A stretch of DNA of 64,000 bases, taken from assembly GCA_965213675.1 (NCBI GenBank), contig OZ243916.1, positions 3,808,001-3,872,000 on the forward strand. Reading direction: 5' to 3'. The notes beneath the pieces are model-generated. The model did not search any database and was not told where the DNA came from. It worked only from the letters and a program-made list of their open reading frames with translations. Positions 10,947 to 20,744 of the stretch are shown here, one piece after another. The translations under genes and the position numbers were made by a program. Each line of letters opens with the position of its first letter. Positions within the stretch are counted from its first letter, which is position 1. The DNA is from an uncultured Candidatus Binatia bacterium (GTDB lineage: Bacteria; Desulfobacterota; Binatia; UBA9968; JAJDTQ01).

Positions 10947-12149
10947 ATGGCAACGCTAGAGATGAAATACGGCGTCGTCTCCGCGGATGATCACATCCAG
11001 GAGGCGCCCGACGTGTGGACCAACCGGATGTCCAAGGCGAAGTTCGGCGATGACATCCCGCACGTCGTTGAGTTGCCCGACGGCACGCAGACGTGGTCGC
11101 TGGGGGGCAACACCAAGGGATTCGGCGGGCTCGCACGGGTGTCGGGCGTCAACCCCAACGTGAAGCGGTGGGAGGACGTGCCTCCGTCCACGTACATGGT
11201 TTCGGAGCGCTTGAAGGTGCTGGACCAGGAGGAGCTGGACGCCTCGGTGCTCTTTCCCAACATCATCGGCATCACCAACCAGAACTTCCAGAAGGAGGGC
11301 AGCGAGGCTTTCCGTCTGGCTTGCATTCAGGCGTACAACGACTGGCTCATCGATGAGTGGCAGGACGTTACGCCCCGGTTCGTCGCCCAGTGCGTCACCC
11401 CCATGTGGGACGTGGATCTGTGCGTGGCCGAGATCCGCCGCGCGGTCAAGCGCGGCCACAAGGCCTTGGTCTGGCACGGCGCACCCCACATCCTCGGCCT
11501 CAAGCACTTCAACGATCCCTACTGGAACCCGGTCTATGAGACGTGCTGCGACCTGGACGTGCCCATCTGCCTGCACTCCACCGCGTTGCCCGCGCTGCCG
11601 CCCTGGGACTCGCTGGAGACGCGTGCGCGTTTCGCCCTGGGGGTGTCCATGACTTTCGTGAGCCACATGGAGATCGTCTCCAACATCCTCTACTCGGGCG
11701 TGTTCGAAAAGTTCCCCAAGCTCAAGACCATCAGCGTCGAGAGCGGCGTCGGCTGGCTCCCGTACCTGTTGGAGGAGCTGGACCACGAGTTCGACGAGCG
11801 CCGCGTGGCGGAGAACACCACCCTCACGCGCAGACCGAGCGACGTCTTCCAGTCCAATATGTGGGCGACTTTCTGGCACGAGCGCCACGGCATCCGCAGC
11901 CGCGACGAGATAGGCGTGGACAAGATCATGTACTCGGTGGACTACCCCCACGGCACCACCACGTTCCCCAAATCGGTGTGGTGCCGCACCCACTCGCTGC
12001 AGGACGTCACGTCCGCAGAGGAGCGCAAGAAGATCCTCATGGACAACACCGTCGAGCTCTACAAGCTCGACGTGGACGAGTCCGGCATTCAACAGCCCCT
12101 CTACGAGCCGGGCCCCATCAGCGTGGGGCCGCGGCCGGACGCGGTGTAG
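10947..12149 (+). CDS. Amidohydrolase family protein (Amidohydro_2)
   Basis: SADDH, AYNDW, ICLH, ESGVGWLP, YSVDYPH. Confidence 0.88.
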   Translation: MATLEMKYGVVSADDHIQEAPDVWTNRMSKAKFGDDIPHVVELPDGTQTWSLGGNTKGFGGLARVSGVNPNVKRWEDVPPSTYMVSERLKVLDQEELDASVLFPNIIGITNQNFQKEGSEAFRLACIQAYNDWLIDEWQDVTPRFVAQCVTPMWDVDLCVAEIRRAVKRGHKALVWHGAPHILGLKHFNDPYWNPVYETCCDLDVPICLHSTALPALPPWDSLETRARFALGVSMTFVSHMEIVSNILYSGVFEKFPKLKTISVESGVGWLPYLLEELDHEFDERRVAENTTLTRRPSDVFQSNMWATFWHERHGIRSRDEIGVDKIMYSVDYPHGTTTFPKSVWCRTHSLQDVTSAEERKKILMDNTVELYKLDVDESGIQQPLYEPGPISVGPRPDAV

Positions 12150-12161
12150 CCGCGACTCTCA

Positions 12162-12228
12162 GGAGCTTGCGTCACAGGGACGGATGAGAGCGGATTTGCA
12201 GCCGTGGATTCCTGCGGCGCAAGCCTCC
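12162..12228. mobile_element. Internally deleted MITE-like element, family A
   Basis: Ends GGAGCTTGCG...CGCAAGC; interior matches the reverse complement of the left arm of the element at 52819-52979; abuts the TAG stop of the VOC gene. Confidence 0.65.
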
Positions 12229-12647
12229 TACGCGTGCGCGGGGTCGCCGTACGTCATCAGCTCGATCAAGTTATCGTCGGGGTCGCGGACGTAGAGGCTG
12301 GTGCCGACGCCTTCGGAACCGGTGCGGGCCACGGGACCCGAGATCACGGCCACGCCGGCCTGTTGCAGGAAGTCCTGCGCTTCCTTCACGGTCCCTTGCC
12401 AGCGCAAGCAGAAATCCGCGCCGCCGGTGGCATAGTTGGGCGCATGCGTGGGACTCTCGGTCTCGTAGCGGTCCACCACGTAAAGGTTAATCTTCTGCGT
12501 CTCGCTGATGCGGATGATCGGCCGCTTGCCGCGCCCGCCCGGACGTTCCTGCCAACCCGCGTCGAGTCCGAGCCTGCGATAGAACGCGAAGGTCTCTTCC
12601 AGGTCCTTGACGACCAGCACCCAATGATCAATGGCTGCGATTCCCAT
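12228..12647 (-). CDS. VOC (glyoxalase/bleomycin resistance) family protein
   Basis: IAAIDHWVLVVKDLEETFAFY, ADFCL, GPVARTG, SLYVRDPDDNLIEL. Confidence 0.88.
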   Translation of the reverse strand: MGIAAIDHWVLVVKDLEETFAFYRRLGLDAGWQERPGGRGKRPIIRISETQKINLYVVDRYETESPTHAPNYATGGADFCLRWQGTVKEAQDFLQQAGVAVISGPVARTGSEGVGTSLYVRDPDDNLIELMTYGDPAHA

Positions 12648-12857
12648 GGTTTGTCCTCGCTGAGTCCGCTGGGGTAGGTGTGGCACACCTTCACACGATT
12701 TCACCGGACACGACACTAGTCCAAACCGCACCGGAAACACAAGACAAGGAAGGCCCTGTGGGAAGCGGCTCTCAGCGCGCCCGAGTTCTTCATGAGGGGC
12801 ATGCTGGGCATCTCCATGGTGGCGGTGCTGAGCGGCGGCGCGCCAACGCCTCGAACC

Positions 12858-12907
12858 GTCATTCCCGCGAAAGCTTGCCCTCGACCCCCATGGGGGGCGG
12901 GAATCCA
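12858..12907. repeat. REP-like palindromic element with internal extra hairpin
   Basis: GTCATTCCCGCGAAAGC-ttgccctcgacccccatggggg-GCGGGAATCCA; related CCGGAATGACGG ends occur near 48052-48065 and 51361-51372. Confidence 0.6.
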
Positions 12908-12922
12908 GGGGGGAGGGGTCTG

Positions 12923-13804
12923 CTACCCCTGCCCGGCGATGAAGCCCCGGACAACCTCGTTGAACTCCCGTGGATGCTCCCGGAAGGAGAAATGCCCCGC
13001 CCGGTTGATGATGTGCATCTGTGAGTGGCGCTCGCGCATGGTCAACAACTCGAACAGCCGCAGCCCCTGCGCCAGGGTGGCCGTGGGGTCGTTGTAGCCC
13101 CATATGAGCAGGGTGGGACGTTGCAGGCCGCGGTCGCGGATCCAGCCCAGGGTCTCTTCCTTCTGAAGCGAGTGTTTCGTCAGGAACAGGCTCTTGCGCA
13201 AGCCCCGGGTAACCATCCGATCCACGGTTTCCTGGTACTTGGGCAGTTGCGCGATCTCGGTCATGGAATCGAGCCAGTCCTCGGCGATGTGCGCGCCACT
13301 GTAAGAGTAGCGCTCGATCACCCAGCGCTGGCTCTCCCGCGTGAGCCGCGGTTCGGGAGCGCCGGCGAAGACGATGTGGTTCCGCCCCATGCCGGGCGCC
13401 AGTGTGTTGGTGTCCACCGGGATGCACGAACGCACCAGATCCGGGCGCTCAAGAGTCATGCGCGCGGCCACGTAGGCGCCGCGGGAGTGGCCCACGACGT
13501 GCACGCCGCCCAGCTTCAAGGCCTCGACAAAGCCGATGGCGTGGCGCACGGTGGCGGCCATGGTGTAGTCGTCGTCGCTGGGCGGGTTGTCGGTCAGGCC
13601 CTGTCCCAGCTTGTCCAGCGCGTAGACGTGAAACCACCGGGCGAGGGCGTCGAAGTTGAGCGCCCAGTCCAGGCTGCAGTCGGCGGCGTCGTTGGACCCG
13701 AACACGCCGCCGTGAATCAGCACGACATTCTCGCCGGCGCCCTTCTCGAAGTAACGGGTTCGAATACCGCCCACGTCAACGAATCTTTCCTCCGCGGTTC
13801 GCAC
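12923..13804 (-). CDS. Alpha/beta hydrolase (MhpC/BphD-like)
   Basis: VLIHGG, nucleophile GHSRG, LLIWGYND, AGHF. Confidence 0.88.
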   Translation of the reverse strand: MRTAEERFVDVGGIRTRYFEKGAGENVVLIHGGVFGSNDAADCSLDWALNFDALARWFHVYALDKLGQGLTDNPPSDDDYTMAATVRHAIGFVEALKLGGVHVVGHSRGAYVAARMTLERPDLVRSCIPVDTNTLAPGMGRNHIVFAGAPEPRLTRESQRWVIERYSYSGAHIAEDWLDSMTEIAQLPKYQETVDRMVTRGLRKSLFLTKHSLQKEETLGWIRDRGLQRPTLLIWGYNDPTATLAQGLRLFELLTMRERHSQMHIINRAGHFSFREHPREFNEVVRGFIAGQG

Positions 13805-14247
13805 GGTGTTTCCTCCTGCACGGCAACCAAGGCGTCAGCACCCCTGCCCGCACGCTCCTGGAGCCCCCGAGAGGCTCACGCTCAACGATGACGGCACATT
13901 CACTCTTGCATCAAGTCTGAATGCCGATGGGCAGTCCGCGTCTGGTCATGGGGCGGCTACGATTCCGACTGGCTCCGGGACGTCCTTTGCCGCTCCGCCG
14001 ATGGCGAAGCGGCGTGTTCTTCGTTAACAATCCTTCCATGGAGGCTCGTTCATCATACGGGGATGGTGGTTCCCCGCGCAAGGCGAGCGCGCCCAGCGCC
14101 CGCTCCGGGAGCCGTCGAGCAGCAAGGGGCTGACGATGGCCTACATGATCACGGAAGCCACCAGGGGCAGGTACACTCAAAGGAAACACCGGACCTTGCA
14201 AGCCCCACCACCGGGGATATCCGGAGCATCAGCGGGGGCATCGTCGA

Positions 14248-14276
14248 TTGACACAACTCAAACGATTGGTTAAGAA
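14248..14276 (+). promoter_or_regulatory. Putative sigma-70 promoter of the LysR gene
   Basis: TTGACA-N17-TAAGAA in an AT-rich stretch. Confidence 0.45.
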
Positions 14277-14316
14277 ATTCAATTACTTGTCACCATGACA
14301 AAACCTCACTAATGAT

Positions 14317-15297
14317 ATGAGTGAACCCAGGTTCAGAGTTCCCTCCACCAGCGCCCTGGTTGCGTTCGAGGCCACGGCCCGGCTCGGTGGCGTGATACGC
14401 GCTTCGGAGGAGTTGTGTACCTCCCAGTCAGCCGTGAGCCGTCACATCCGCAATCTCGAGACGAGGATCGGCGAAAAGCTCTTTCGGCGTCAGGGCCGGG
14501 GAGTGGTGCTGACAGTGGGAGGCCAAGACTATTATATCGCGGTGAAGGCCGCGTTGGAAAACCTGCATGCAGCCAGCAAGAGGCTTGGCTTGCCCGCGCC
14601 CACGGTGACCATCGCCTGCACGAAGGAGATCGCACACTTTCTGCTGCGACCCGCCTTTCCGCATTTCCGGCGCACGATGGACGACAACGCGCAGGTGCGC
14701 ATTCTGACCTGCGACTATGACATGCTGCAATTCCTTGCGCCGACGGGGATCGACATCCTCTTCGAGTATTCGGCCGCGCCGAGCGATCCCGGTGCCGTGA
14801 AGGTACTCGACGAGGAAATCGCGCCGATCGCCTCTCCGGCCCTTGTCAGGCGGTTCGCGCGGGTTCTCCGCAGGCATCCGCGCCATTGGGGGGAGGTTCC
14901 GCGTCTGGAATCGACCCAGGCCGGCGCAACGTGGGCGACGTGGACGACCTGGTTCAGCGCTCACGGTTGCGATCCTCCCAAGGCCTCAACGGAACCGTTC
15001 GACGATTATCGGGATTTGCTGGACGCCGCCGCGAGCGGTCTGGGCATGGCCATCGGTTGGAACGGCTTCGCGAACGCCTATCTGGAGTCCGGGCAGCTCG
15101 TCCGGCTCAAGGACAACTGGCTGCGGAGCCGCATCTCCCTGTATGCCATAACGACCCAGGCCGGCTCCGGCAACCGGAACGCGGCCCGTTGCCTGTCCAC
15201 GCTCGCCACCCTGGGTGAGGTGCTTCCCGGAGCGCGGCAGTTGTCGCCGCAACGACAGCCGACCCGCGGCCACGGCGCCACTCTCACACCCACCTGA
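14317..15297 (+). CDS. LysR-family transcriptional regulator (GcvA-like)
   Basis: ALVAFEATARLG..ASEELCTSQSAVSRHIRNLE HTH; AAASGLGMAIG substrate domain. Confidence 0.9.
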   Translation: MSEPRFRVPSTSALVAFEATARLGGVIRASEELCTSQSAVSRHIRNLETRIGEKLFRRQGRGVVLTVGGQDYYIAVKAALENLHAASKRLGLPAPTVTIACTKEIAHFLLRPAFPHFRRTMDDNAQVRILTCDYDMLQFLAPTGIDILFEYSAAPSDPGAVKVLDEEIAPIASPALVRRFARVLRRHPRHWGEVPRLESTQAGATWATWTTWFSAHGCDPPKASTEPFDDYRDLLDAAASGLGMAIGWNGFANAYLESGQLVRLKDNWLRSRISLYAITTQAGSGNRNAARCLSTLATLGEVLPGARQLSPQRQPTRGHGATLTPT

Positions 15298-15339
15298 GAC
15301 GCGACCATGTGTCCGTGACGCGCACTCCATCACGGCGCG

Positions 15340-16626
15340 TCACAGCGCGGGCATGCCGAAGAAGCGCCGCAGCACGCGGCTCAGGTTGAACGCGTCCGCC
15401 GCTCCCGCGAATTCCCTCACGGAATGCATGGCCCACTGGGGTACCCCCACGTCCACGGTGCGCACGCCCGTTTCGGCCGCGGCCAACGGTCCGATGGTGC
15501 TCCCGCAGGCCATGTCGCTACGAACCACGAACGTCTGAACCGCCACGCCCTCCTCGGTTGCCAGCCGCCGGAAGATCGCGGCGGTCTCGCTGTTGGTTGC
15601 GTAGCGCTGATTGGCGTTGATCTTGATGACCGGGCCGTGGTTCAGCAACGGTCCGTGGTTGTCGTCGTGCCGGTCGGCGAAGTTGGGGTGGACGCCGTGG
15701 GCGTTGTCCGCGGATATGAGCATGGAGCGGGCCATGGCGCGGTGGCGTTCCTCCGGGCCGGGCAGAAGGCGTTCCAGCATTTGAGTCAGCATGGGGCCGC
15801 GGGCCCCGGAGGCGGTGGTGCTCCCCACTTCTTCATGATCGTTGCAGACGAGCAGCGCGACGGCGTCTCTGTCCGCTTCCAACAGCGCCCTCAGCCCGGT
15901 GAAGCAGCTCAGCAGGTTGTCCAGCCGCGCCGACGCGATGAATTCCCGCTCCAGTCCCACCAGGGCGGGCGGCTGGGTGTCATAAAGCACGAGTTCGTGG
16001 TCCAGGAGCCGGTCCACCTCGATGCCTCCTTCCTCCAACCGTTGCCGCAGCAAGGTGTTCAGGTCGAAGTCGTCCCCCTGCTGGCCGAGCACCGGGGGCA
16101 GATGCGTCTGCCGGTTGATGGAGCGGTTCTCGTTGGCGTCCCGGTCCAGGTGAATGGCGAGGCTGGGAATCACGGCCACCGGTTCCTTGAAATCGACGAG
16201 GCCGTGGGCGACGGCGCCGTCGCCGTCGAGATAGCTCACGCGGCCGGCGATGGACAGGTCGCGGTCGAACCAGGGATTCAGCAGCGCGCCGCCGTACACC
16301 TCGACGCCGAACTGCGCATAGCCTTTCCGGCGGATTTCCGGAAGAGGCTTGACCTTGAGGCACGGTGAATCGGTGTGGGCGCCCACCATGCGCAGGCCGC
16401 TCGCGGGAAGCGATGTTTCCACCGGCAAGGTCCAGGCGATGATGGATGAGTCGTTGCGCGTGGTGAAGTACCGCCCTCCGGGTCTCAGCGCCCACGGGTC
16501 GGTCTCGGGCCGGTGTTCGAAGCCGGCGTCCGTGAGGCGCCGCGCCATCGCGGCCACCGCGTGGAACGGCGTGGGCGACGCGCCCAGGAAGTCCATCAGA
16601 TCTCGGTTGAAGTTTGCTTGTTCCAT
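15340..16626 (-). CDS. M18 family (aspartyl) aminopeptidase
   Basis: [48 protein letters not shown]. Confidence 0.93.
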   Translation of the reverse strand: MEQANFNRDLMDFLGASPTPFHAVAAMARRLTDAGFEHRPETDPWALRPGGRYFTTRNDSSIIAWTLPVETSLPASGLRMVGAHTDSPCLKVKPLPEIRRKGYAQFGVEVYGGALLNPWFDRDLSIAGRVSYLDGDGAVAHGLVDFKEPVAVIPSLAIHLDRDANENRSINRQTHLPPVLGQQGDDFDLNTLLRQRLEEGGIEVDRLLDHELVLYDTQPPALVGLEREFIASARLDNLLSCFTGLRALLEADRDAVALLVCNDHEEVGSTTASGARGPMLTQMLERLLPGPEERHRAMARSMLISADNAHGVHPNFADRHDDNHGPLLNHGPVIKINANQRYATNSETAAIFRRLATEEGVAVQTFVVRSDMACGSTIGPLAAAETGVRTVDVGVPQWAMHSVREFAGAADAFNLSRVLRRFFGMPAL

Positions 16627-16707
16627 AAGTTGATGGCGCATCGGCGCAACGCAAGCCTGTCGGAGGGGTCAGGACCAACGGTGTCAAGCGGACAGTGCCG
16701 CCGATAC

Positions 16708-16775
16708 GCTTCGCCGTGCGTCCCGAGCCCTTCGTAAGGTTCAGAACGGGTTTCGTGAAACGAAGTCGAAGGACG
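16708..16775. repeat. Degenerate REP-like intergenic repeat
   Basis: ccgtgcgtcccgagcccttcg...gaaacgaagtcgaagga; resembles CTGAGC...GTCGAAGG-type palindromic repeats; single copy in the window. Confidence 0.35.
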
Positions 16776-16779
16776 TCGT

Positions 16780-17781
16780 TCAGCCGAGGCGGTACTCCCT
16801 CATGGGGTTGGTCACGGCGATATGCTCGATGGCGGCGGCGTCCAGGCCCGCCTTCTCCAGGCTGCCCAAGGGGTCGGGGTCGCCCGGCGGGAACGGCGCG
16901 TCGCCGCCGAGCAGGATGCGCTCGATGCCCACCATCTCCCGAAGGAACCGCAACGCGTCGCGGCTGTGTACGATGCTGTCGTAGAGGAAGCGGCGCAGGT
17001 AGGCGCTGGGCGGGTGCGCCGCTTTGTCGCCCGTGACGTTGCGGTCGGCGGCGGCGTGCATGCGGTCGAAGCGGCCGATGAGAAAAAGCAGGTTGCCGCC
17101 GCCGTGGGACAGCAGCAGACGCAGGGCCGGGAAACGGTCCAGGGTTCCGCTGAGCATCATGGAGCCCACCGCCAGGGTGGTGTCCATGGTGTAGGCGCAG
17201 GTCTGGTTCAGGCTGAACTTTTCGGCCCGGGGCAGCGGCTGGGGCAGGGACGGGTGAACGAATACCGGCAGGTCCAGGGCCTCGCAGGCGCTCCAGAACT
17301 CGTCCAGGGGCGTCTCCCCGAGATTCCGGCCGTGGACGTTGGCGGTGACGATGACGCCGGCGGCGCCGTTCCGGGCACAGCGCTCGAGTTCCCGCGCCGC
17401 CGCGGCGTCGTCGTTGAGGGGCGCCGAGGCCATCCACGAGAACCGCGCCGGCCGCGCCGCGCAGATCTCGGCGATGCCGTCGTTGAGGATGCGGTGCCAC
17501 GCGGCGCAGCGAGCGCCGGCGAGCCCGTAGCCGAAGATGTCGGTCCACACCGAAAGAATCTGCCGCGCCACCCGTTGCCCGTCCATCTCCGCGAGCCGCC
17601 CGTCCAGGTCCAGCAGGCCGGGAAGAAAGGGGCGCACCTCCAGGCCGTCGTCGAACCGGCAACACCGGGCGCCGGCCTTGCCCACCAGCGCGATGCCCAG
17701 TTCCACGCCTCGGGCGGACAACGCTTCCAGGGCCTTCGGCGGCACAAAGTGGGCGTGTACGTCAATGGCGGTCACGGGCAC
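16780..17781 (-). CDS. Amidohydrolase family protein (ACMSD/decarboxylase-like)
   Basis: IDVHAH, VFVHP, LSHGGG, YDS, GGDAPF. Confidence 0.87.
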   Translation of the reverse strand: MPVTAIDVHAHFVPPKALEALSARGVELGIALVGKAGARCCRFDDGLEVRPFLPGLLDLDGRLAEMDGQRVARQILSVWTDIFGYGLAGARCAAWHRILNDGIAEICAARPARFSWMASAPLNDDAAAARELERCARNGAAGVIVTANVHGRNLGETPLDEFWSACEALDLPVFVHPSLPQPLPRAEKFSLNQTCAYTMDTTLAVGSMMLSGTLDRFPALRLLLSHGGGNLLFLIGRFDRMHAAADRNVTGDKAAHPPSAYLRRFLYDSIVHSRDALRFLREMVGIERILLGGDAPFPPGDPDPLGSLEKAGLDAAAIEHIAVTNPMREYRLG

Positions 17782-18574
17782 GGTCCATCAGGGCCTTTTC
17801 CTGGCCCCCGTCGATTTCGATCATGGTGCCATTGACGAAGTGCATGAGCGGCGACGCCAGCATCACCACGAGTTGGGCCACCTCCGCGCTCTCGGCGATG
17901 CGCCCCAGCGGGATGGAGCGGGGCGCCAACTGATCGGCTTCCTCGTAGCTCAGGTCCATGTCCCGGGACATGGCCTGCACCAGGCCGGTCCAGCGCTCGG
18001 TGCGCACCGGGCCCGGGTTCACGGCCACAAAGCTGATGCCGTGCTTGCCGTACTGGCCCGCCAGCGACTTGGTCAGGTTCTGGCCCGCGGCGTTGGCCGC
18101 CCCCGGGGCGACCTCCCAATAGGACGTCTTGACGCCGTCGTTGCCGATGAGATTGACCACGCGCCCGCCCCCCTGCTCGCGCATGATCGGGAGAGCGTAG
18201 CGCATGCAGCGGACATAGCCCATGAACTTGAGTTGCAACGCCAGGTCCCAGTCGTCCTCGGTCAGGTTCTCGATGACCCCGCCGGGCGCGGCGCCGGCGT
18301 TGTTCACCAGGATGTCGATGCGCCCCAGGGCTTCCGCCGCGGCTTCGACGAAGCGGCGCGCGTCCTCGTCCCGGGTCAGGTCGGCGGTGAGAGGCACGAT
18401 CCGGCGACCGCTGGCCTGGGTCACCGCGGCGGCGACTTCCTCCAGCGGGCCAGCTCGCCGCGCGCACAGGGCTACGTCCACGCCTTCCCGCGCCAAGGCC
18501 TCCACGATGGCCTTGCCGATGCCTTCGCTGCCGCCGGTGACGATGGCGGTCTTGCCCTCAAGCTCCAGGTCCAT
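17762..18574 (-). CDS. SDR family oxidoreductase (atypical active site)
   Basis: TGGSEGIG, LVNNAG, VNPGPVRT; no canonical YxxxK at the usual position. Confidence 0.87.
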   Translation of the reverse strand: MDLELEGKTAIVTGGSEGIGKAIVEALAREGVDVALCARRAGPLEEVAAAVTQASGRRIVPLTADLTRDEDARRFVEAAAEALGRIDILVNNAGAAPGGVIENLTEDDWDLALQLKFMGYVRCMRYALPIMREQGGGRVVNLIGNDGVKTSYWEVAPGAANAAGQNLTKSLAGQYGKHGISFVAVNPGPVRTERWTGLVQAMSRDMDLSYEEADQLAPRSIPLGRIAESAEVAQLVVMLASPLMHFVNGTMIEIDGGQEKALMDRARDRH

Positions 18575-18726
18575 GCTTCCTCCTGCCGCTACCCGGCGGC
18601 CTCTCCCCGACACTCGACGGCGGCGGTGGTCTGAATCTTCCGCGCTTCATCAGCGCCCCGGGCAGGACCCCGGCTGCCCACGCCATCGACGGCCGCCATG
18701 CGGCAAACCCGACAAGTTCCCGGCGA

Positions 18727-20244
18727 TCACGACTTCAAGCCCTCCGCTGTGGCGGCGAACAGATCGCGATAGCGCTCGCGCAACGCCGCCTTGGCTACCT
18801 TGCCCAGCTCATTGCGCGGAATCGTGTCCACGGCCAGGATACGCTTGGGCACCTTGAAGGACGCCAACTCTGTCTTGAGATAACCGATACAGGCGCGTTC
18901 GTCGAACGGCGCGTCCACGTCGGTCTCCACCACCGCAGTCACGGCCTCGCCGAAATCCGGATGGGGCGCGCCGAACACCGCGGACCCGGCCACGCCGTCG
19001 CAACGGTCGAGCACGTCCTCCACCTCCTTGGGGTAGACGTTGAGGCCGCCGGTAATGACCACGTCGGTCTCCCTGCCAAGGATCCGGATGCACCCCTCAT
19101 CGTCGATTTCCGCGACATCGCCGGTGACGAACCAACCGTCGCCTGTGAACGCCTGTTCGCCGGGCCGGTTCCAGTAGCCGCGGAAGACGTTGTGGCCACG
19201 GGTCTCCAGCACGCCGGTGGCGGCGGATTCGAACCGTCCGTGGTCGTTGGCCACACGCACGCGCACCCCCGGCAGCGGCCAGCCCACCCAGCCGCGGCGC
19301 CCGGCGGCGCCGGGCGGGACCGCGGTGATGATGGCCGCCTCGGTGGAACCGTAGCGCTCGATGATCTCCACGCCCGTGACCTGCTGGAACCGGCGCGCGA
19401 TGTCGGGCGGCAACGGCGCCGAACCGGAAATGGCCAACCGGAGAGCGCCTGCGGCCTCCCGGAGGCCGGGTTCTTTCAATAGCCGCGCGTAGTGTGTCGG
19501 CACCCCCATCATGACGGTGCAGCGACGCAACTCCCGGAGCACCGTTCCCGTCTCGAAACGCGGCACGAAACCGATGGCGCCGCCCGCCGCGAGCATGACG
19601 TTGATGGAGGTCAGTAACCCGTGGGCGTGATAGGCGGGCAGGGCGTGCAGGAGGATGTCCTCGCGGCCCAGTTGCCACACTTCCGCCAACGACCTGGCGC
19701 TGGCGGCCAGATTGCCGTGGGTGATGAGGGCGCCCTTGGGCCGGCCGGTGGTGCCGGACGTGTACAGCAGCGCCGCCGGCGCGTCATCGGGCAAAGCGTC
19801 CGCCCCCGAGCCAGCGGCGCATGCGCGGGCAAGGTCGCCAAAGGAGCCCTCGCTGCCGCGGAGCCCCTCAAGCCGGAACCCGTGTCGTACCGCGGCGGCC
19901 CGGAACGCCGGAATTTCGTCAGGGTCGCAGACGAACAGGGCCGGCCGCGCATCGGCCAAGAGCGACTCCACCTCCCGCGATGTGTAGGCCGTGTTCATGG
20001 GGTGAAGTACGGCGCCCGCCTTGAAACAGGCGTGGGCGAGGAACACGGCCTCGACGCATTTCCCCACACGGACCGAGACCCGGTCGCCCGTCTTGACGCC
20101 GCAGGCCGCCAATGCGGCGGCCGACTTGTCAATGGCCGTCAAGACTTCGCCCGTGGAGTAGGATGCGCCATCCGGCAAGACAAAGGCCGGGTCGTGATTC
20201 GCACGGTGGCGGTACAGCGCGTGAATGAGATTGTCGCCGGTCAT
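18727..20244 (-). CDS. Acyl-CoA synthetase, malonyl-CoA synthetase (MatB)-like
   Basis: YTSGTTGRPKG, HALPAYHAHGL, ERYGSTE, TGD, ITGGLNVYPKEVE, PRNELGK; start at ATG 20244. Confidence 0.85.
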   Translation of the reverse strand: MTGDNLIHALYRHRANHDPAFVLPDGASYSTGEVLTAIDKSAAALAACGVKTGDRVSVRVGKCVEAVFLAHACFKAGAVLHPMNTAYTSREVESLLADARPALFVCDPDEIPAFRAAAVRHGFRLEGLRGSEGSFGDLARACAAGSGADALPDDAPAALLYTSGTTGRPKGALITHGNLAASARSLAEVWQLGREDILLHALPAYHAHGLLTSINVMLAAGGAIGFVPRFETGTVLRELRRCTVMMGVPTHYARLLKEPGLREAAGALRLAISGSAPLPPDIARRFQQVTGVEIIERYGSTEAAIITAVPPGAAGRRGWVGWPLPGVRVRVANDHGRFESAATGVLETRGHNVFRGYWNRPGEQAFTGDGWFVTGDVAEIDDEGCIRILGRETDVVITGGLNVYPKEVEDVLDRCDGVAGSAVFGAPHPDFGEAVTAVVETDVDAPFDERACIGYLKTELASFKVPKRILAVDTIPRNELGKVAKAALRERYRDLFAATAEGLKS

Positions 20245-20267
20245 GGCCTGCGCTCTAAAGTAACTTG

Positions 20268-20296
20268 TTGATTGAGCGATCTGTAACCAGTAGACT
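20268..20296 (+). promoter_or_regulatory. Putative sigma-70 promoter of the coiled-coil gene
   Basis: TTGATT-N17-TAGACT followed by AAGGGA SD and ATG at 20320. Confidence 0.5.
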
Positions 20297-20319
20297 CCAC
20301 TCGAACGAAGGGAAGTGAC

Positions 20320-20739
20320 ATGGAGACATTGAAAGAATATGCAGGCGTGGCGGCGGCCCTTGGCGCTCTGGGTTTGTGGGCCATCAATGCCCAGGTCATG
20401 CCCGAGATCAACCGGGTGGAAGGCCGGATTGACGGGAACCTGTTGCTGCTCCGACAGATCGACCGCAAGATCGACCGCCATTTCGAAGCCCTGGGTACGA
20501 AGTTCAAGGCGATCGACGACAACTTCAAGACGATGGACGCCAAGTTCAAAACGATGGACGACAGGTTCGCGGCCATGGACAACAGACTCACGGCCATTGA
20601 CGTCAAGTTTGAACTCATCGATGACAAGTTTGAAGGTATCGACGACAGGTTCGAACGCATCGACGGCGAGTTGAAGACCATCCGCCACGACATCAAGACG
20701 ATTCTGTTGAGACTTCCGGACAAGGCAGCGGCCCGATAG
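20320..20739 (+). CDS. Membrane-anchored heptad-repeat coiled-coil protein
   Basis: Hydrophobic N-terminus, then eight 7-aa repeats KFKAIDD/NFKTMDA/KFKTMDD/RFAAMDN/RLTAIDV/KFELIDD/KFEGIDD/RFERIDG. Confidence 0.75.
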   Translation: METLKEYAGVAAALGALGLWAINAQVMPEINRVEGRIDGNLLLLRQIDRKIDRHFEALGTKFKAIDDNFKTMDAKFKTMDDRFAAMDNRLTAIDVKFELIDDKFEGIDDRFERIDGELKTIRHDIKTILLRLPDKAAAR

Positions 20740-20744
20740 GCAGG

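Noticed and set aside
20500-20670. 21-bp periodic repeats as a possible CRISPR or DGR element
   Set aside because: They are in-frame degenerate coding repeats with no spacers, cas genes or reverse transcriptase.
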